Below, piece after piece: positions 20,171-30,608 of a stretch of 64,000 bases of DNA (position 1 is the stretch's first letter; every line of letters starts with the position of its first letter). The position numbers and the translations under genes were made by a program. The notes beneath the pieces are model-generated. The model did not search any database. It had not been told where the DNA came from and saw only the letters and a list, made by a program, of their open reading frames with translations. The DNA is from an actinobacterium SCGC AAA278-I18. GTDB taxonomy: Bacteria > Actinomycetota > Actinomycetes > Nanopelagicales > Nanopelagicaceae. The stretch lies in NCBI GenBank assembly GCA_000378865.1, contig KB900441.1:3644-67643 (forward strand). Reading direction: 5' to 3'.

Positions 20171-20858
20171 TCTAATCTCGATATTTCCAGAGTATTTAGC
20201 ACCCCTTAAGTTGTCGCTGTTGGGTAAAGCGGTAGATAAAGGATTAATTACAATAAATATTCACGATCTGCGAGATCAAACAATGGATGTGCACCACTCA
20301 GTAGATGACACCCCATATGGCGGAGGTGCTGGCATGGTTATGTCAGCTGCGCCTTGGGGGGATGCAATTGATCAAATCAGTAATGATTTAGATCAGATTG
20401 ATTTAATTATTTTAACTCCAGCAGGTAAGAAGTTTGATCAGGCGATGGCTGCAGAATTTACTAAGTGTAAACAGTTAATTTTTGCTTGCGGAAGGTATGA
20501 AGGAATTGATGCCAGGGTTGGAAAGCACTATGAAAATAAATCTAATTTTAAGGTACATGAGGTATCAATTGGTGATTATGTGTTAGGTGGGGGTGAGGTA
20601 GCGGCAATGGTAATTATTGAAGCAACTGCCAGATTATTACCTGGTGTATTAGGAAATCCAGAGTCATTAAAAGAGGAGTCACATTCAATTATTAGTAGTA
20701 GTGATGACCTTTTAGTTGAGTATCCAAATTACACAAAGCCTGCTGTTTGGCGAGGCTTAGAAGTTCCGGAAGTTTTACTCTCCGGAAATCATGGCCAGAT
20801 AGCGAAGTGGCGAAAAGAGCAGGCTGAGCGTCGTACTGATCAGTTAGGTAAGGAATAA
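20157..20858 (+). CDS. trmD: tRNA (guanine37-N1)-methyltransferase
   Basis: DDTPYGGGAGMVM, CGRYEGID, SIGDYVLGGGE. Confidence 0.97.
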   Translation: MLRFDLISIFPEYLAPLKLSLLGKAVDKGLITINIHDLRDQTMDVHHSVDDTPYGGGAGMVMSAAPWGDAIDQISNDLDQIDLIILTPAGKKFDQAMAAEFTKCKQLIFACGRYEGIDARVGKHYENKSNFKVHEVSIGDYVLGGGEVAAMVIIEATARLLPGVLGNPESLKEESHSIISSSDDLLVEYPNYTKPAVWRGLEVPEVLLSGNHGQIAKWRKEQAERRTDQLGKE

Positions 20859-20979
20859 TTCCGACACGCCTTGTGTTGATTAGGTACATCTATCTCTTTT
20901 AGGGGATTATCCGCCCAGTTGGAGTAATAGATACTCCAGAGAAAAAGAATCGCTTTACTTAAAGAATTGAAGGAGGTGG

Positions 20980-21279
20980 ATGATGGCTACTGATTACGAC
21001 ACCCCCAGAAAAACCGATGAAGAGTTACATGAAGAATCACTTGAAGAGTTAAAGGCACAACGTGCTGACGCCCAATCTGGCCAGGTAGATATTGATGAAG
21101 CAGAGGCTGCCGAAAATCTAGAGTTGCCTGGTGCTGATCTTTCTGGTGAAGAGTTAACTGTGAAGGTTGTACCAAAGCAGGAAGATGAATTCACTTGCGG
21201 TAGTTGCTTCTTAGTTAAGCATATTAATCAAAAAGCGCGTGGTGAAGGTCCTAAGGCCATCTGTCAGGATTGCGATTAA
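20980..21279 (+). CDS. DUF4193 family protein
   Basis: MATDYDTPR, ELPGADLS, DEFTCGSCFLVKH...CQDC; SD AAGGAGG. Confidence 0.88.
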   Translation: MMATDYDTPRKTDEELHEESLEELKAQRADAQSGQVDIDEAEAAENLELPGADLSGEELTVKVVPKQEDEFTCGSCFLVKHINQKARGEGPKAICQDCD

Positions 21280-21725
21280 ATAAGAGCTTTTGCCAACATC
21301 TTTGCTTTTTTACTTGAGATTATCCAGTACGGAGTTGGATCATTTCTATCTCTTAGCTCAACCATTACTCCAGTTGAAACCCAGAATCTTGTGGCAGTAA
21401 AACATGCTGGATCTGCAGCTACGCCATTTAATCTAATAAATTGATCCTTGCTTAGAACGCTAACTCTGCTGATATATTTTTTTTCAATCTTTGCGTTACC
21501 AACATAAAGCCAACCATTTAGCACTACTGTCTCAAGCCTTGATTTTTGAGAGCTATAGATAAAGCCTGCGGTAGTTATCAATGAAGTAATTGCCGCACTG
21601 AAATTGCCAAAGGGTGCCCAGATTGTTAGATAGATTGAGGCGATCATTAGGAGTGAAAATAACCAGAGCCAGATTGGCCAAGTTAATCTTTCGGCAAACT
21701 CAGATTTTGAATTAGATCTAGCCAT
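21276..21725 (-). CDS. DUF3093 family membrane protein
   Basis: Two TM segments, DPTPYWIISS motif; start 21725. Confidence 0.82.
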   Translation of the reverse strand: MARSNSKSEFAERLTWPIWLWLFSLLMIASIYLTIWAPFGNFSAAITSLITTAGFIYSSQKSRLETVVLNGWLYVGNAKIEKKYISRVSVLSKDQFIRLNGVAADPACFTATRFWVSTGVMVELRDRNDPTPYWIISSKKAKMLAKALI

Positions 21726-21748
21726 GAGATAAAGGATACGCTTTGCCA

Positions 21749-22333
21749 ATGAGTCGCATTGCATCCACCACTCCACCCACAGATGCGCTAATGCCTACCC
21801 GTCATCCAAAAGCACCAGCTGATGGTTCTAAAATCCCATCTCACTTTGGTCATTGCTTTGGTTGTGGTGATCTACATCCAACTGGTCTGCACTTTAGCGC
21901 AGTGGCTGGTAGCGGCTTAGATCTAACTGGAAAGTTTACAGTTACCGAAAATCACCAAGGAGCACCAGGCCTTGCCCATGGTGGTTTGCTATCACTTGCA
22001 TTTGATGAGGCATTAGGTAAATTAATGTGGTTAATTAGAACACCAGCAGTTACTGGCAGACTTGAGACAGATTTTCTAATGCCAGTTCCAATGGGACGAA
22101 CACTTTATATTGATGCTCGTATAACTGGACAATCTGGCAGAAAGATCTATACCCAAGCACAGGGTAGATTAGATTCACCAACTGGTGAGGTTGCTGTAAT
22201 GGCGGCTGCGCTATTTATTTCAGTACCAATGGAGCATTTTATTAAAAATTTAACACAGCAATATAAGGACCACCTAGTTGATCATCCAGAGTTAATGGCA
22301 TTTGTCGATCCAGATTTTGATATAAATCCATGA
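21749..22333 (+). CDS. PaaI-family (hotdog) thioesterase
   Basis: CFGCG, HQGAPGLAHGG...FDE. Confidence 0.88.
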   Translation: MSRIASTTPPTDALMPTRHPKAPADGSKIPSHFGHCFGCGDLHPTGLHFSAVAGSGLDLTGKFTVTENHQGAPGLAHGGLLSLAFDEALGKLMWLIRTPAVTGRLETDFLMPVPMGRTLYIDARITGQSGRKIYTQAQGRLDSPTGEVAVMAAALFISVPMEHFIKNLTQQYKDHLVDHPELMAFVDPDFDINP

Positions 22334-22764
22334 TGGAGGTATTAATAAAGCGGTTAGATCCATCGGTTCCAATGCCTTCATATGCAAAGGGTGGGGATGC
22401 TGGGGCTGATATTGCCACCCGAATTGATTTCACACTTAAAGCTGGTGAGCGGATGTTAGTTCCAACTGGCATAAGCATTGCATTGCCTAATGGATATGTG
22501 GCTTTAGTTCATCCAAGATCAGGATTGGCAATTAAATATGGAGTTTCAATGGTTAATACGCCCGGCACAGTAGATGCTGGCTTTCGTGGCGAGCTACAAG
22601 TTATTTTAATTAATCATGATTTAACAGAGTCGGTTTCATTTAAAAAGGGGGATCGGATAGCGCAATTGGTAATTCAACAAGTAGAGCGAGCTGAGTTTGT
22701 GGAGGTTATTCAGTTACCAGGATCAGATCGAGCAACTGGTGGATTTGGATCAACTGGCACATGA
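22330..22764 (+). CDS. dut: dUTP diphosphatase
   Basis: DAGAD, PRSGLA, PGTVDAGFRGE, RIAQL, RATGGFGSTG. Confidence 0.97.
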   Translation: MMEVLIKRLDPSVPMPSYAKGGDAGADIATRIDFTLKAGERMLVPTGISIALPNGYVALVHPRSGLAIKYGVSMVNTPGTVDAGFRGELQVILINHDLTESVSFKKGDRIAQLVIQQVERAEFVEVIQLPGSDRATGGFGSTGT

Positions 22765-23384
22765 GTAATCAGGCAAATAATCAGGATAAGGATAAAGTTT
22801 TATCAGCACTTGGGGGTAAGCGAGGTTTAATTGACTCTGGCCTACCATCATTAGTATTTTTATTAGTATTTAATTTATTTGGTAAAGATATTAATCCAGC
22901 TATTTATTCAGCAGTAGCAATCTCAGTTGTTTTAACTTTTCTTAGATTGATAAAGAAGGAGACAATTCAACACGCATTCTCCGGTTTAGTTGGGGTAGCT
23001 TTTTGCGCCTTTATCTCCAAGCGAAGTGGCAGTGCTGTAGATTTTTATCTTCCTGGGCTTTATATAAATGCTGGTTATGGCTTGATGTACGCAATTACTA
23101 ATTTAATTAGATGGCCAATTTTGGGAATTATGTTGGGACCAATTTTGGGTGAGAACTTGATGTGGCGAAAAGATCGTGCCCGGGTAAGAGCATATGTAAT
23201 GGCAGGTTGGCTCTGGGTAGCTATGTTTGCAGCACGCCTTCTTGTTCAATACCCGCTATATAAAAGTGGAAATATTAATGCGCTAGGTACAGCTCGATTA
23301 ATTATGGGATATCCATTATTTATTGCAACCGCTTGGGGAACTTGGCAAATACTAAAGAAGACTCCTATAACTAAAGTTAATTAA
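22761..23384 (+). CDS. DUF3159 family membrane protein
   Basis: LGGKRGLIDS, multiple TMs, ARLIMGYPL; usual position between dut and trkA. Confidence 0.82.
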   Translation: MSNQANNQDKDKVLSALGGKRGLIDSGLPSLVFLLVFNLFGKDINPAIYSAVAISVVLTFLRLIKKETIQHAFSGLVGVAFCAFISKRSGSAVDFYLPGLYINAGYGLMYAITNLIRWPILGIMLGPILGENLMWRKDRARVRAYVMAGWLWVAMFAARLLVQYPLYKSGNINALGTARLIMGYPLFIATAWGTWQILKKTPITKVN

Positions 23385-24034
23385 ATAAAGCAGGATTTAA
23401 GTTGCGCTTCAGCAGTAGCGGAGGCAACAAATAGCAGTTCATCTCCGGCAACAAATAGATCATGATCCTTTGGTGTGATCACATGCCCATCACGGACTAT
23501 TGCTGCCAAGGAAGCGTTATCAGGAAGAGAAATTTCGCTCACTGTCTTGCCGCAACAGGCTGCATTATCTGGCAAGGTAATCTCAACTAAATTAGCTTCA
23601 CCCCTACGGAATGAAAATAGTCGCACTACATCGCCAACACTTACCGCCTCCTCTACCAACGCTGAGATAATTCTTGGTGTTGATACTGCGACATCAACCC
23701 CCCATGAGGTTTCAAACATCCATTCATTTTTTGGATGATTAACCCGAGCAACAACACGTGGTACGCCATACTCAGTTTTAGCAAGCAGTGAGGCAACTAG
23801 ATTTACCTTGTCATCACCAGTTGCAGCAACTAATACTTGGCACCCATCTAGTTTTGCTTGATCTAAAGCGGTAATCTCGCAAGCATCAGCTAATAACCAC
23901 TCAGCGGCAGGAACTGAGTCCATCTTTAAAGCTTTTGGATCCTTATCAATTAGCAATACTTGATGGCCATTTCCTAGCAACTCTCTAGCAATAGCTCTGC
24001 CTACATTTCCCGCTCCAGCAATTGCAATTCTCAT
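23381..24034 (-). CDS. trkA: TrkA-family K+ uptake regulatory subunit
   Basis: GAGNVG Rossmann motif, ATGDDKVN, TrkA_C domain. Confidence 0.92.
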   Translation of the reverse strand: MRIAIAGAGNVGRAIARELLGNGHQVLLIDKDPKALKMDSVPAAEWLLADACEITALDQAKLDGCQVLVAATGDDKVNLVASLLAKTEYGVPRVVARVNHPKNEWMFETSWGVDVAVSTPRIISALVEEAVSVGDVVRLFSFRRGEANLVEITLPDNAACCGKTVSEISLPDNASLAAIVRDGHVITPKDHDLFVAGDELLFVASATAEAQLKSCFI

Positions 24035-24036
24035 TC

Positions 24037-24699
24037 TTATGCACCCTTCGGTGATTTAGAAAGAGATTTTTCAATCTCGGAAATCTTTTTCTCATTTACA
24101 AGCAGATGAACAAGATCCCCCTCTTGCAGCACTGTGTGCTCATCAGGAAGTAATGCCTCACCTAAGCGGGTAATAAAAGCAACTCTGGCATCGGTATTTT
24201 TCTCAATTAATGAAACTGCCTCGCCATACCAATCATTATGAAGATGTACCTCAACTAATTGCACAGTTCCAGTTGCATCTCGCCACTCAGATTTTGTGCC
24301 ATCTGGTGAAAGTCTGCGCATAATTTGATCAGTTGTCCAAAGCACAGTTGCCACAGTTGGAATACCAAGTCTTTGGTAGATCTCTGCGCGACCTGGATCA
24401 TAAATACGGGCAACAACATTTTTAACTCCAAAGGTTTCTCTTACTACTCGAGCTGCCAAAATATTTGAGTTATCACCATTTGAAACAGCGGCAAATGCAT
24501 CGGCCTTTTCAATTCCGGCCTCAAGTAAGGTGTCGCGATCAAATCCCATACCGGCGATTGTTCGGCCATTAAAGTCTGCACCTAATCTGCGGAATGCCTC
24601 CCGATTTTGATCGATTACCGCAACGGTATGGCCAGCTTTTTCTAAATCAATTGCCAAGGTGGAACCGACGCGACCACAACCCATAATTACGACGTGCAC
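24037..24699 (-). CDS. trkA: TrkA-family K+ uptake regulatory subunit (second paralog)
   Basis: MGCGRVG, VSNGDNSN, VVARIYDP; start GTG 24699. Confidence 0.92.
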   Translation of the reverse strand: MHVVIMGCGRVGSTLAIDLEKAGHTVAVIDQNREAFRRLGADFNGRTIAGMGFDRDTLLEAGIEKADAFAAVSNGDNSNILAARVVRETFGVKNVVARIYDPGRAEIYQRLGIPTVATVLWTTDQIMRRLSPDGTKSEWRDATGTVQLVEVHLHNDWYGEAVSLIEKNTDARVAFITRLGEALLPDEHTVLQEGDLVHLLVNEKKISEIEKSLSKSPKGA

Positions 24700-24731
24700 A
24701 AAGTACAACTTACACCCATATGCTCACTCCT

Positions 24732-25937
24732 ATGGAATTAAACGCTCAAGAGCGGTTAAAAGTGGGTGAGGTAATTCAGGTCGAAATTGGCCCGGTTGCA
24801 CATGGTGGTCACTTTGTTGCTCGCCATAATGGACAGGTTATTTTTGTCCGTCATGGCATAACTGGTGAGATGGTAAAAATAAAAATTACCGCAGTAAGTT
24901 CTAAAATCGCCCATGCTGATGTGATCGAAGTAATAACCGCTGCCACCTCCAGAATTACACCACCTTGTAAATATGCTGGTAAATGTGGTGGTTGCGATTT
25001 TCAACATATTGATCTTGCAACGCAACGAGATTTTAAAGCTGAGATTGTTAAGGAGCAATTTCTGCGTATCGGCAAGATGGATTTAGTAGAGCTTGGATTT
25101 GATTTAAAGTTAACATCAGTTGAACCAGCAGATGGTATGCATTGGCGCACTCGGATGGATTTTGCAGTATCGCCAAGTGGAGCGATTGGGTTTTTTGGTG
25201 CCAGAAGTAATGAGGTAGTTGAGATAAAGGATTGTTTAATTGCAGATGAGCGAATGAATGTGGCTGAGTTAGCAAATCGAAGTTGGAAATCAGATGCCAG
25301 AGTTGAGGTTGCCGTCTCAAGCACCAATGAGATTTCAGTTATGAGAAGTGGTAGAAGTATTAGTGGACCTACGCAAATTGTTGAACAGGTCGGTGGTAGC
25401 TCTTTTAAGATCTCACCAGTTGCCTTTTGGCAAAGTCATAAAGCAGCTCCAGTCACCTTAGTTAAAGCAGCTCTTGCTCAACTTGGTGCTAAAAATGGTG
25501 ATCATATTTGTGATCTTTACGCCGGAGTTGGTTTATTTGCAGCCGTCTTATTAAAAGAGGTAGGGGATCGTGGTTTTATTACCTTGATTGAAAGTGATAA
25601 GACAGCGGTTGCTGATGCTCGGAAGGTATTTTTAAATAAGGAGAATGTAAAGATATTGCAGGGCTTAGTTGCTCAGCAACTTCCAATTGTTAAGCGAGCA
25701 GATTTAATCTTGCTAGATCCACCTAGAACTGGAGCTGGTGAGGTAGTAATTAAACAGATAGTTAAATTTAGGCCAAGAAAAATTGTTTATATTGCATGTG
25801 ATCCAGCAGCATTGGCGCGAGATGCAAAAACTTTGGCAGATGCAGGTTATAAGTTAGATCACATAGAAGCCTTTGATTTTTTCCCAATGACTCAGCACAT
25901 TGAGTGCGTGGCTGGATTTGCACCAGCAAAGGAGTAG
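24732..25937 (+). CDS. TRAM-domain RNA (uracil-5)-methyltransferase, RlmD family
   Basis: TRAM domain, C...CGGC Fe-S motif, DLYAGVG, DPPR, YIACDP, FPMTQHIE. Confidence 0.9.
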   Translation: MELNAQERLKVGEVIQVEIGPVAHGGHFVARHNGQVIFVRHGITGEMVKIKITAVSSKIAHADVIEVITAATSRITPPCKYAGKCGGCDFQHIDLATQRDFKAEIVKEQFLRIGKMDLVELGFDLKLTSVEPADGMHWRTRMDFAVSPSGAIGFFGARSNEVVEIKDCLIADERMNVAELANRSWKSDARVEVAVSSTNEISVMRSGRSISGPTQIVEQVGGSSFKISPVAFWQSHKAAPVTLVKAALAQLGAKNGDHICDLYAGVGLFAAVLLKEVGDRGFITLIESDKTAVADARKVFLNKENVKILQGLVAQQLPIVKRADLILLDPPRTGAGEVVIKQIVKFRPRKIVYIACDPAALARDAKTLADAGYKLDHIEAFDFFPMTQHIECVAGFAPAKE

Positions 25938-25976
25938 GATTGGCAGTATAAATAGCAAGAAAGTAGGTGTGGGGCG

Positions 25977-28637
25977 TTGAGTAAGAACTCATTTAAGGCC
26001 AAAACCACACTTGATGTCGCAGGTAAAAGTTATGAGATATTTGATATTACCGGCTTTGCCGAAGCAAAAGATCTGCCATTTAGTTTAAAAATATTGCTAG
26101 AAAATCTACTTCGCACCGAAGATGGTTTTAATATCACAGCTGAGCAGATTAAAAAATTAGCGGCCTGGGATCCAAAAGCTGAGCCAGATACTGAAATTCA
26201 ATTTACGCCAGCCCGCGTAATTATGCAGGACTTTACTGGTGTGCCATGCATTGTTGATCTGGCCACGATGCGGGAGGCGATTACTGATTTAGGTGGAGAT
26301 GCATCAAAGGTAAATCCATTATCACCAGCTGAGCTAGTAATTGATCACTCCGTAATTGCAGATTTATTTGGCAGCAAGGATTCCTTTGAGCAAAATGTTG
26401 ATATTGAGTACCAACGAAATAAGGAGCGTTATCGTTTTCTGCGGTGGGGGCAGAGTGCATTTGATGAGTTCAAAGTTGTTCCTCCTGGCACTGGGATTGT
26501 GCATCAGGTAAATATTGAGTATCTAGCAAGAGTAGTGATGAGCAGAACTGTCGATGGTCAATTACGCGCCTATCCAGATACGGTAGTTGGCACAGATTCG
26601 CATACCACTATGGTCAATGGCTTAGGTGTACTTGGTTGGGGAGTTGGTGGAATAGAGGCTGAAGCAGCTTTGCTTGGCCAACCAGTCTCGATGTTAATTC
26701 CTAAAGTAGTTGGCTTTAAATTAAATGGAAAGTTACCAATTGGCACTACTGCTACAGATTTGGTTTTAACAATTACACAAATGTTGCGTGAGCATGGGGT
26801 AGTTGGAAAGTTTGTTGAGTTTTATGGTCCTGGAGTTAGTGCACTACCGATGGCAAATCGAGCAACAATTGGCAATATGTCACCAGAGTATGGCTCAACA
26901 TGTGCAATATTTCCGATTGACGAAGAGACAATTAATTATTTGAAATTTACTGGCAGAGGAAGTGAACAACTGGAATTAGTTGAAAAGTATGCCAAGGTAA
27001 ATGGACTCTGGCATGATCCAGCTGCAACTCCTCGGTTCTCTGAAAAGTTAGAGTTAGATCTTGCCACAGTTGTGCCATCTATTGCCGGTCCTAAGCGACC
27101 ACAGGATCGGATCTCACTATCAGATGCAAAGAGCTCTTATGAAAAGGTGTTACCTAGTTACTTCACCGATAAGACAAGTAAAAGCAAGATTGATATAAAG
27201 GTAAATGGTAAAGCTACTAGTGTTACAAATGGTGATGTAGTAATTGCATCAATTACCTCCTGTACAAATACTTCAAATCCATCGGTAATGATTAGCGCTG
27301 CTCTACTTGCTAAAAAAGCGGTGGAAAAGGGATTAAGCAGTAAGCCTTGGGTTAAGACCACACTCGCCCCAGGCTCTAAGGTGGTAACTGATTATTATGA
27401 TCGCTCTGGCCTTACTCCTTTTATGGAAAAGCTTGGATTTAACCTAGTTGGTTATGGGTGTGTTACCTGTATTGGTAACTCAGGCCCACTGCCAATTGAG
27501 ATTAGTAAAGCAATCAACGAAAATGATTTAGCGGTCTCAGCGGTGCTATCTGGTAATCGTAACTTTGAAGGGCGCATATCACCTGATGTAAAGATGAATT
27601 ACTTAGCATCTCCGCCATTAGTTGTTGCATATGCATTAACCGGCACAATGGATCATGATTTTGAAAATGATCCAATTGGTAAGGGTAGTGATGGTAATCC
27701 AGTTTATTTAAAGGATATATGGCCAACAACAGAGGAGATTGATGCTGTGATTAGCTCATCAATATCTTCGGATATGTTTACCAAGGATTACGCCTCTGTC
27801 TTTGATGGTGATAAGAGATGGAAATCTTTAGAGACCCCAACTGGTAATACCTTCACTTGGGATAGTAAATCAACATATGTAAGAAAGCCGCCATACTTTG
27901 ATGGAATGCCACGAGATCCAAAGCCAGTAACAGATATTGCCGGAGCTAGAGTGCTAGCTTTCCTCGGTGATTCAGTAACCACCGACCACATTTCCCCAGC
28001 CGGAAATATTAAGGTTGATTCACCTGCTGGTAAGTACTTAGCTGAGCATGGAATTGAGAGAGGTGATTTCAACTCTTATGGATCCCGTCGGGGAAATCAT
28101 GAGGTGATGATTAGAGGAACCTTTGCAAATATCAGACTTAAAAATTTATTATTAGATGGAGTTGAGGGTGGCTTTACAAAAAACTTTTTAGCAAATGGTC
28201 GGCAAGCAACAATTTATGATGCATCTTGTGCTTATATTAAAGTTGGGGTGCCATTAGTTATTTTGGCTGGCAAAGAGTATGGCTCCGGCTCTTCTAGAGA
28301 TTGGGCGGCTAAAGGAACAGCACTACTTGGTGTGCGAGCGGTTATTGCAGAATCATTTGAGAGAATCCATCGTTCAAATTTAATTGGTATGGGAGTGCTA
28401 CCACTACAATTTTTAGATAACCAAAATGTTAAATCACTTGGATTAAATGGCAGTGAAGTATTTTCAATTACAGGTGTTACGGAGTTAAATGGGGGTATTA
28501 CACCGAAGGAGGTAGTTATTACCGCCGGGGATAAGAGCTTTAAGGCCAAAGTTAGGATCGATACACCAGGAGAGGCTGATTACTATCGCCACGGTGGAAT
28601 TATGCAGTATGTATTACGCTCACTTTTGAGCAAATAA
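25977..28637 (+). CDS. acnA: Aconitate hydratase A
   Basis: [45 protein letters not shown]. Confidence 0.97.
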   Translation: MSKNSFKAKTTLDVAGKSYEIFDITGFAEAKDLPFSLKILLENLLRTEDGFNITAEQIKKLAAWDPKAEPDTEIQFTPARVIMQDFTGVPCIVDLATMREAITDLGGDASKVNPLSPAELVIDHSVIADLFGSKDSFEQNVDIEYQRNKERYRFLRWGQSAFDEFKVVPPGTGIVHQVNIEYLARVVMSRTVDGQLRAYPDTVVGTDSHTTMVNGLGVLGWGVGGIEAEAALLGQPVSMLIPKVVGFKLNGKLPIGTTATDLVLTITQMLREHGVVGKFVEFYGPGVSALPMANRATIGNMSPEYGSTCAIFPIDEETINYLKFTGRGSEQLELVEKYAKVNGLWHDPAATPRFSEKLELDLATVVPSIAGPKRPQDRISLSDAKSSYEKVLPSYFTDKTSKSKIDIKVNGKATSVTNGDVVIASITSCTNTSNPSVMISAALLAKKAVEKGLSSKPWVKTTLAPGSKVVTDYYDRSGLTPFMEKLGFNLVGYGCVTCIGNSGPLPIEISKAINENDLAVSAVLSGNRNFEGRISPDVKMNYLASPPLVVAYALTGTMDHDFENDPIGKGSDGNPVYLKDIWPTTEEIDAVISSSISSDMFTKDYASVFDGDKRWKSLETPTGNTFTWDSKSTYVRKPPYFDGMPRDPKPVTDIAGARVLAFLGDSVTTDHISPAGNIKVDSPAGKYLAEHGIERGDFNSYGSRRGNHEVMIRGTFANIRLKNLLLDGVEGGFTKNFLANGRQATIYDASCAYIKVGVPLVILAGKEYGSGSSRDWAAKGTALLGVRAVIAESFERIHRSNLIGMGVLPLQFLDNQNVKSLGLNGSEVFSITGVTELNGGITPKEVVITAGDKSFKAKVRIDTPGEADYYRHGGIMQYVLRSLLSK

Positions 28638-28673
28638 ATCGCATTAATAACCGCCAACCTTTAAACTAGACCC

Positions 28674-30608
28674 ATGCTTGAGTCCATCAAATCACCTGCA
28701 GATCTGACAGCTTTAACAGTTGAGCAATTAACACAATTATCAGATGAGATTCGCACTTTCTTAATTGAACAGGTCTCTAAATCTGGTGGACATTTAGGTC
28801 CAAATCTTGGTGTTGTTGAATTAACTATTGCTTTGCACCGCACCTTTGAATCACCAAAGGATGTAATTGTTTTTGATACTGGACATCAAAGTTATGTGCA
28901 TAAGTTATTAACTGGCCGTATGTCTGGGTTTGAAAAACTTCGGCAGCGGGGTGGAATAGCCGGATATCCAAATCGCAGCGAGAGCGAGCATGATGTAGTT
29001 GAAAACTCCCACGCCTCAACCGCTCTTTCTTGGAGTGATGGAATAGCCAAAGGCTTTGCCTTAACAAATCAAAGAGATCGAACTGTGGTTTGTGTAGTAG
29101 GCGATGGTGCTTTAACTGGTGGAATGAGCTGGGAGGCATTAAACAATATTGCTGCGAGTACTAATGAGAATCTAGTAATCGTGGTAAATGATAATGAGCG
29201 ATCTTATTCACCAACTATTGGTGGACTTGCTACCTACCTTTCTACTCTGCGCACAACCCGCGGTTATGAGAAATTTTTAGATTGGGGCAAAGGCGTATTA
29301 GAAAAGACACCTTTGGTTGGACAGCCAATTTATGAGACCTTACATGGTGTTAAGAAAGGAATTAAGGATGTTGTCGCACCACAAGGTATGTTTGAAGATC
29401 TAGGTCTTAAGTACTTTGGCCCAGTAGATGGTCATGACATTGTTGCGATGGAAAAGGCGCTAAAGATTGCTAAAGATTATGGCTCACCAGTTTTAGTTCA
29501 CGTGATTACTGAAAAAGGCCGCGGCCATGCTCCAGCATTAAATGATGAAGCGGAAAAGTTCCACGCTATTGGTGTCATTGATGCTGAAACTGGTCAGCCA
29601 CTTAGCAAGGCTGGCGTTAGTTGGACATCAGTATTTTCAGATGAGTTGGTAAAAATTGGTTCAGAAAGAAAAGATGTTGTGGCAATTACCGCAGCGATGA
29701 TGGGTCCAACTGGGTTAGATAAGTTTGAGAAGGCATTTCCGGAGCGAACATTTGATGTGGGAATTGCTGAGCAACACGCCACAACCGCTGCTGCCGGAAT
29801 GGCATTTGCTGGCCTTCATCCAGTAATTGCTGTCTACTCCACCTTTTTAAATCGCGCCTTTGATCAACTCTTATTAGATGTAGCACTTCATAAAGCTGGT
29901 GTGACATTTGTATTAGATCGAGCAGGTATTACTGGTGATGATGGACCATCTCATAACGGTATTTGGGATCTAGCATTAACTGGAATTGTGCCAACTTTGC
30001 ATGTGGCAGCACCTCGTGACGGGCAGCGTGTCAGAGAGACATTGCGCGAGGCGTTAGATATCTCAGATGCACCATCATTAATTCGTTTTCCAAAGGGTGC
30101 AATAAATCCAGATATTCCAGCCTTTGAACGCCGGGATGGGATTGATGTTTTATATCGTGGCGAGAGTGCTGATATTTTATTAGTAAGTATTGGTGCCTTT
30201 GCTGCAATTGCAGTTGAGGCAGCAGCGCAGGCATACCGAGAGGGAGTAGGCGTTACCGTTATTGATCCAAGATGGGTAAAGCCACTACCAAAATCATTAA
30301 TCACAATGGCCCAGCGCTATAAGAGTGTTGTTGTGCTAGAGGATGGTATTAAACATGGTGGTATTGCTAGCACAATCTCTGAGTTATTTAGAGAGGCGAA
30401 CTTAAATGTGCCGGTGCATTCAATTGGTGTACCACTGGAATTTCTTGAGCATGCAAAGCGGGCGCAGATATTAGAGGATTTAGGAATTACTGTTCAAAAT
30501 ATTACTCGCTCACTTGTTACTTGGAGCAGTAGTGATTTAGCAATTGATATTAAGGAAGAGATGCCACACCCTTCAGATGAAAACGAGCACCGCAAACCGC
30601 TTCGCTAA
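28674..30608 (+). CDS. dxs: 1-deoxy-D-xylulose-5-phosphate synthase
   Basis: GGHLGPNLGVVELT, GDGALTGG, DVGIAEQH, DRAG. Confidence 0.97.
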   Translation: MLESIKSPADLTALTVEQLTQLSDEIRTFLIEQVSKSGGHLGPNLGVVELTIALHRTFESPKDVIVFDTGHQSYVHKLLTGRMSGFEKLRQRGGIAGYPNRSESEHDVVENSHASTALSWSDGIAKGFALTNQRDRTVVCVVGDGALTGGMSWEALNNIAASTNENLVIVVNDNERSYSPTIGGLATYLSTLRTTRGYEKFLDWGKGVLEKTPLVGQPIYETLHGVKKGIKDVVAPQGMFEDLGLKYFGPVDGHDIVAMEKALKIAKDYGSPVLVHVITEKGRGHAPALNDEAEKFHAIGVIDAETGQPLSKAGVSWTSVFSDELVKIGSERKDVVAITAAMMGPTGLDKFEKAFPERTFDVGIAEQHATTAAAGMAFAGLHPVIAVYSTFLNRAFDQLLLDVALHKAGVTFVLDRAGITGDDGPSHNGIWDLALTGIVPTLHVAAPRDGQRVRETLREALDISDAPSLIRFPKGAINPDIPAFERRDGIDVLYRGESADILLVSIGAFAAIAVEAAAQAYREGVGVTVIDPRWVKPLPKSLITMAQRYKSVVVLEDGIKHGGIASTISELFREANLNVPVHSIGVPLEFLEHAKRAQILEDLGITVQNITRSLVTWSSSDLAIDIKEEMPHPSDENEHRKPLR

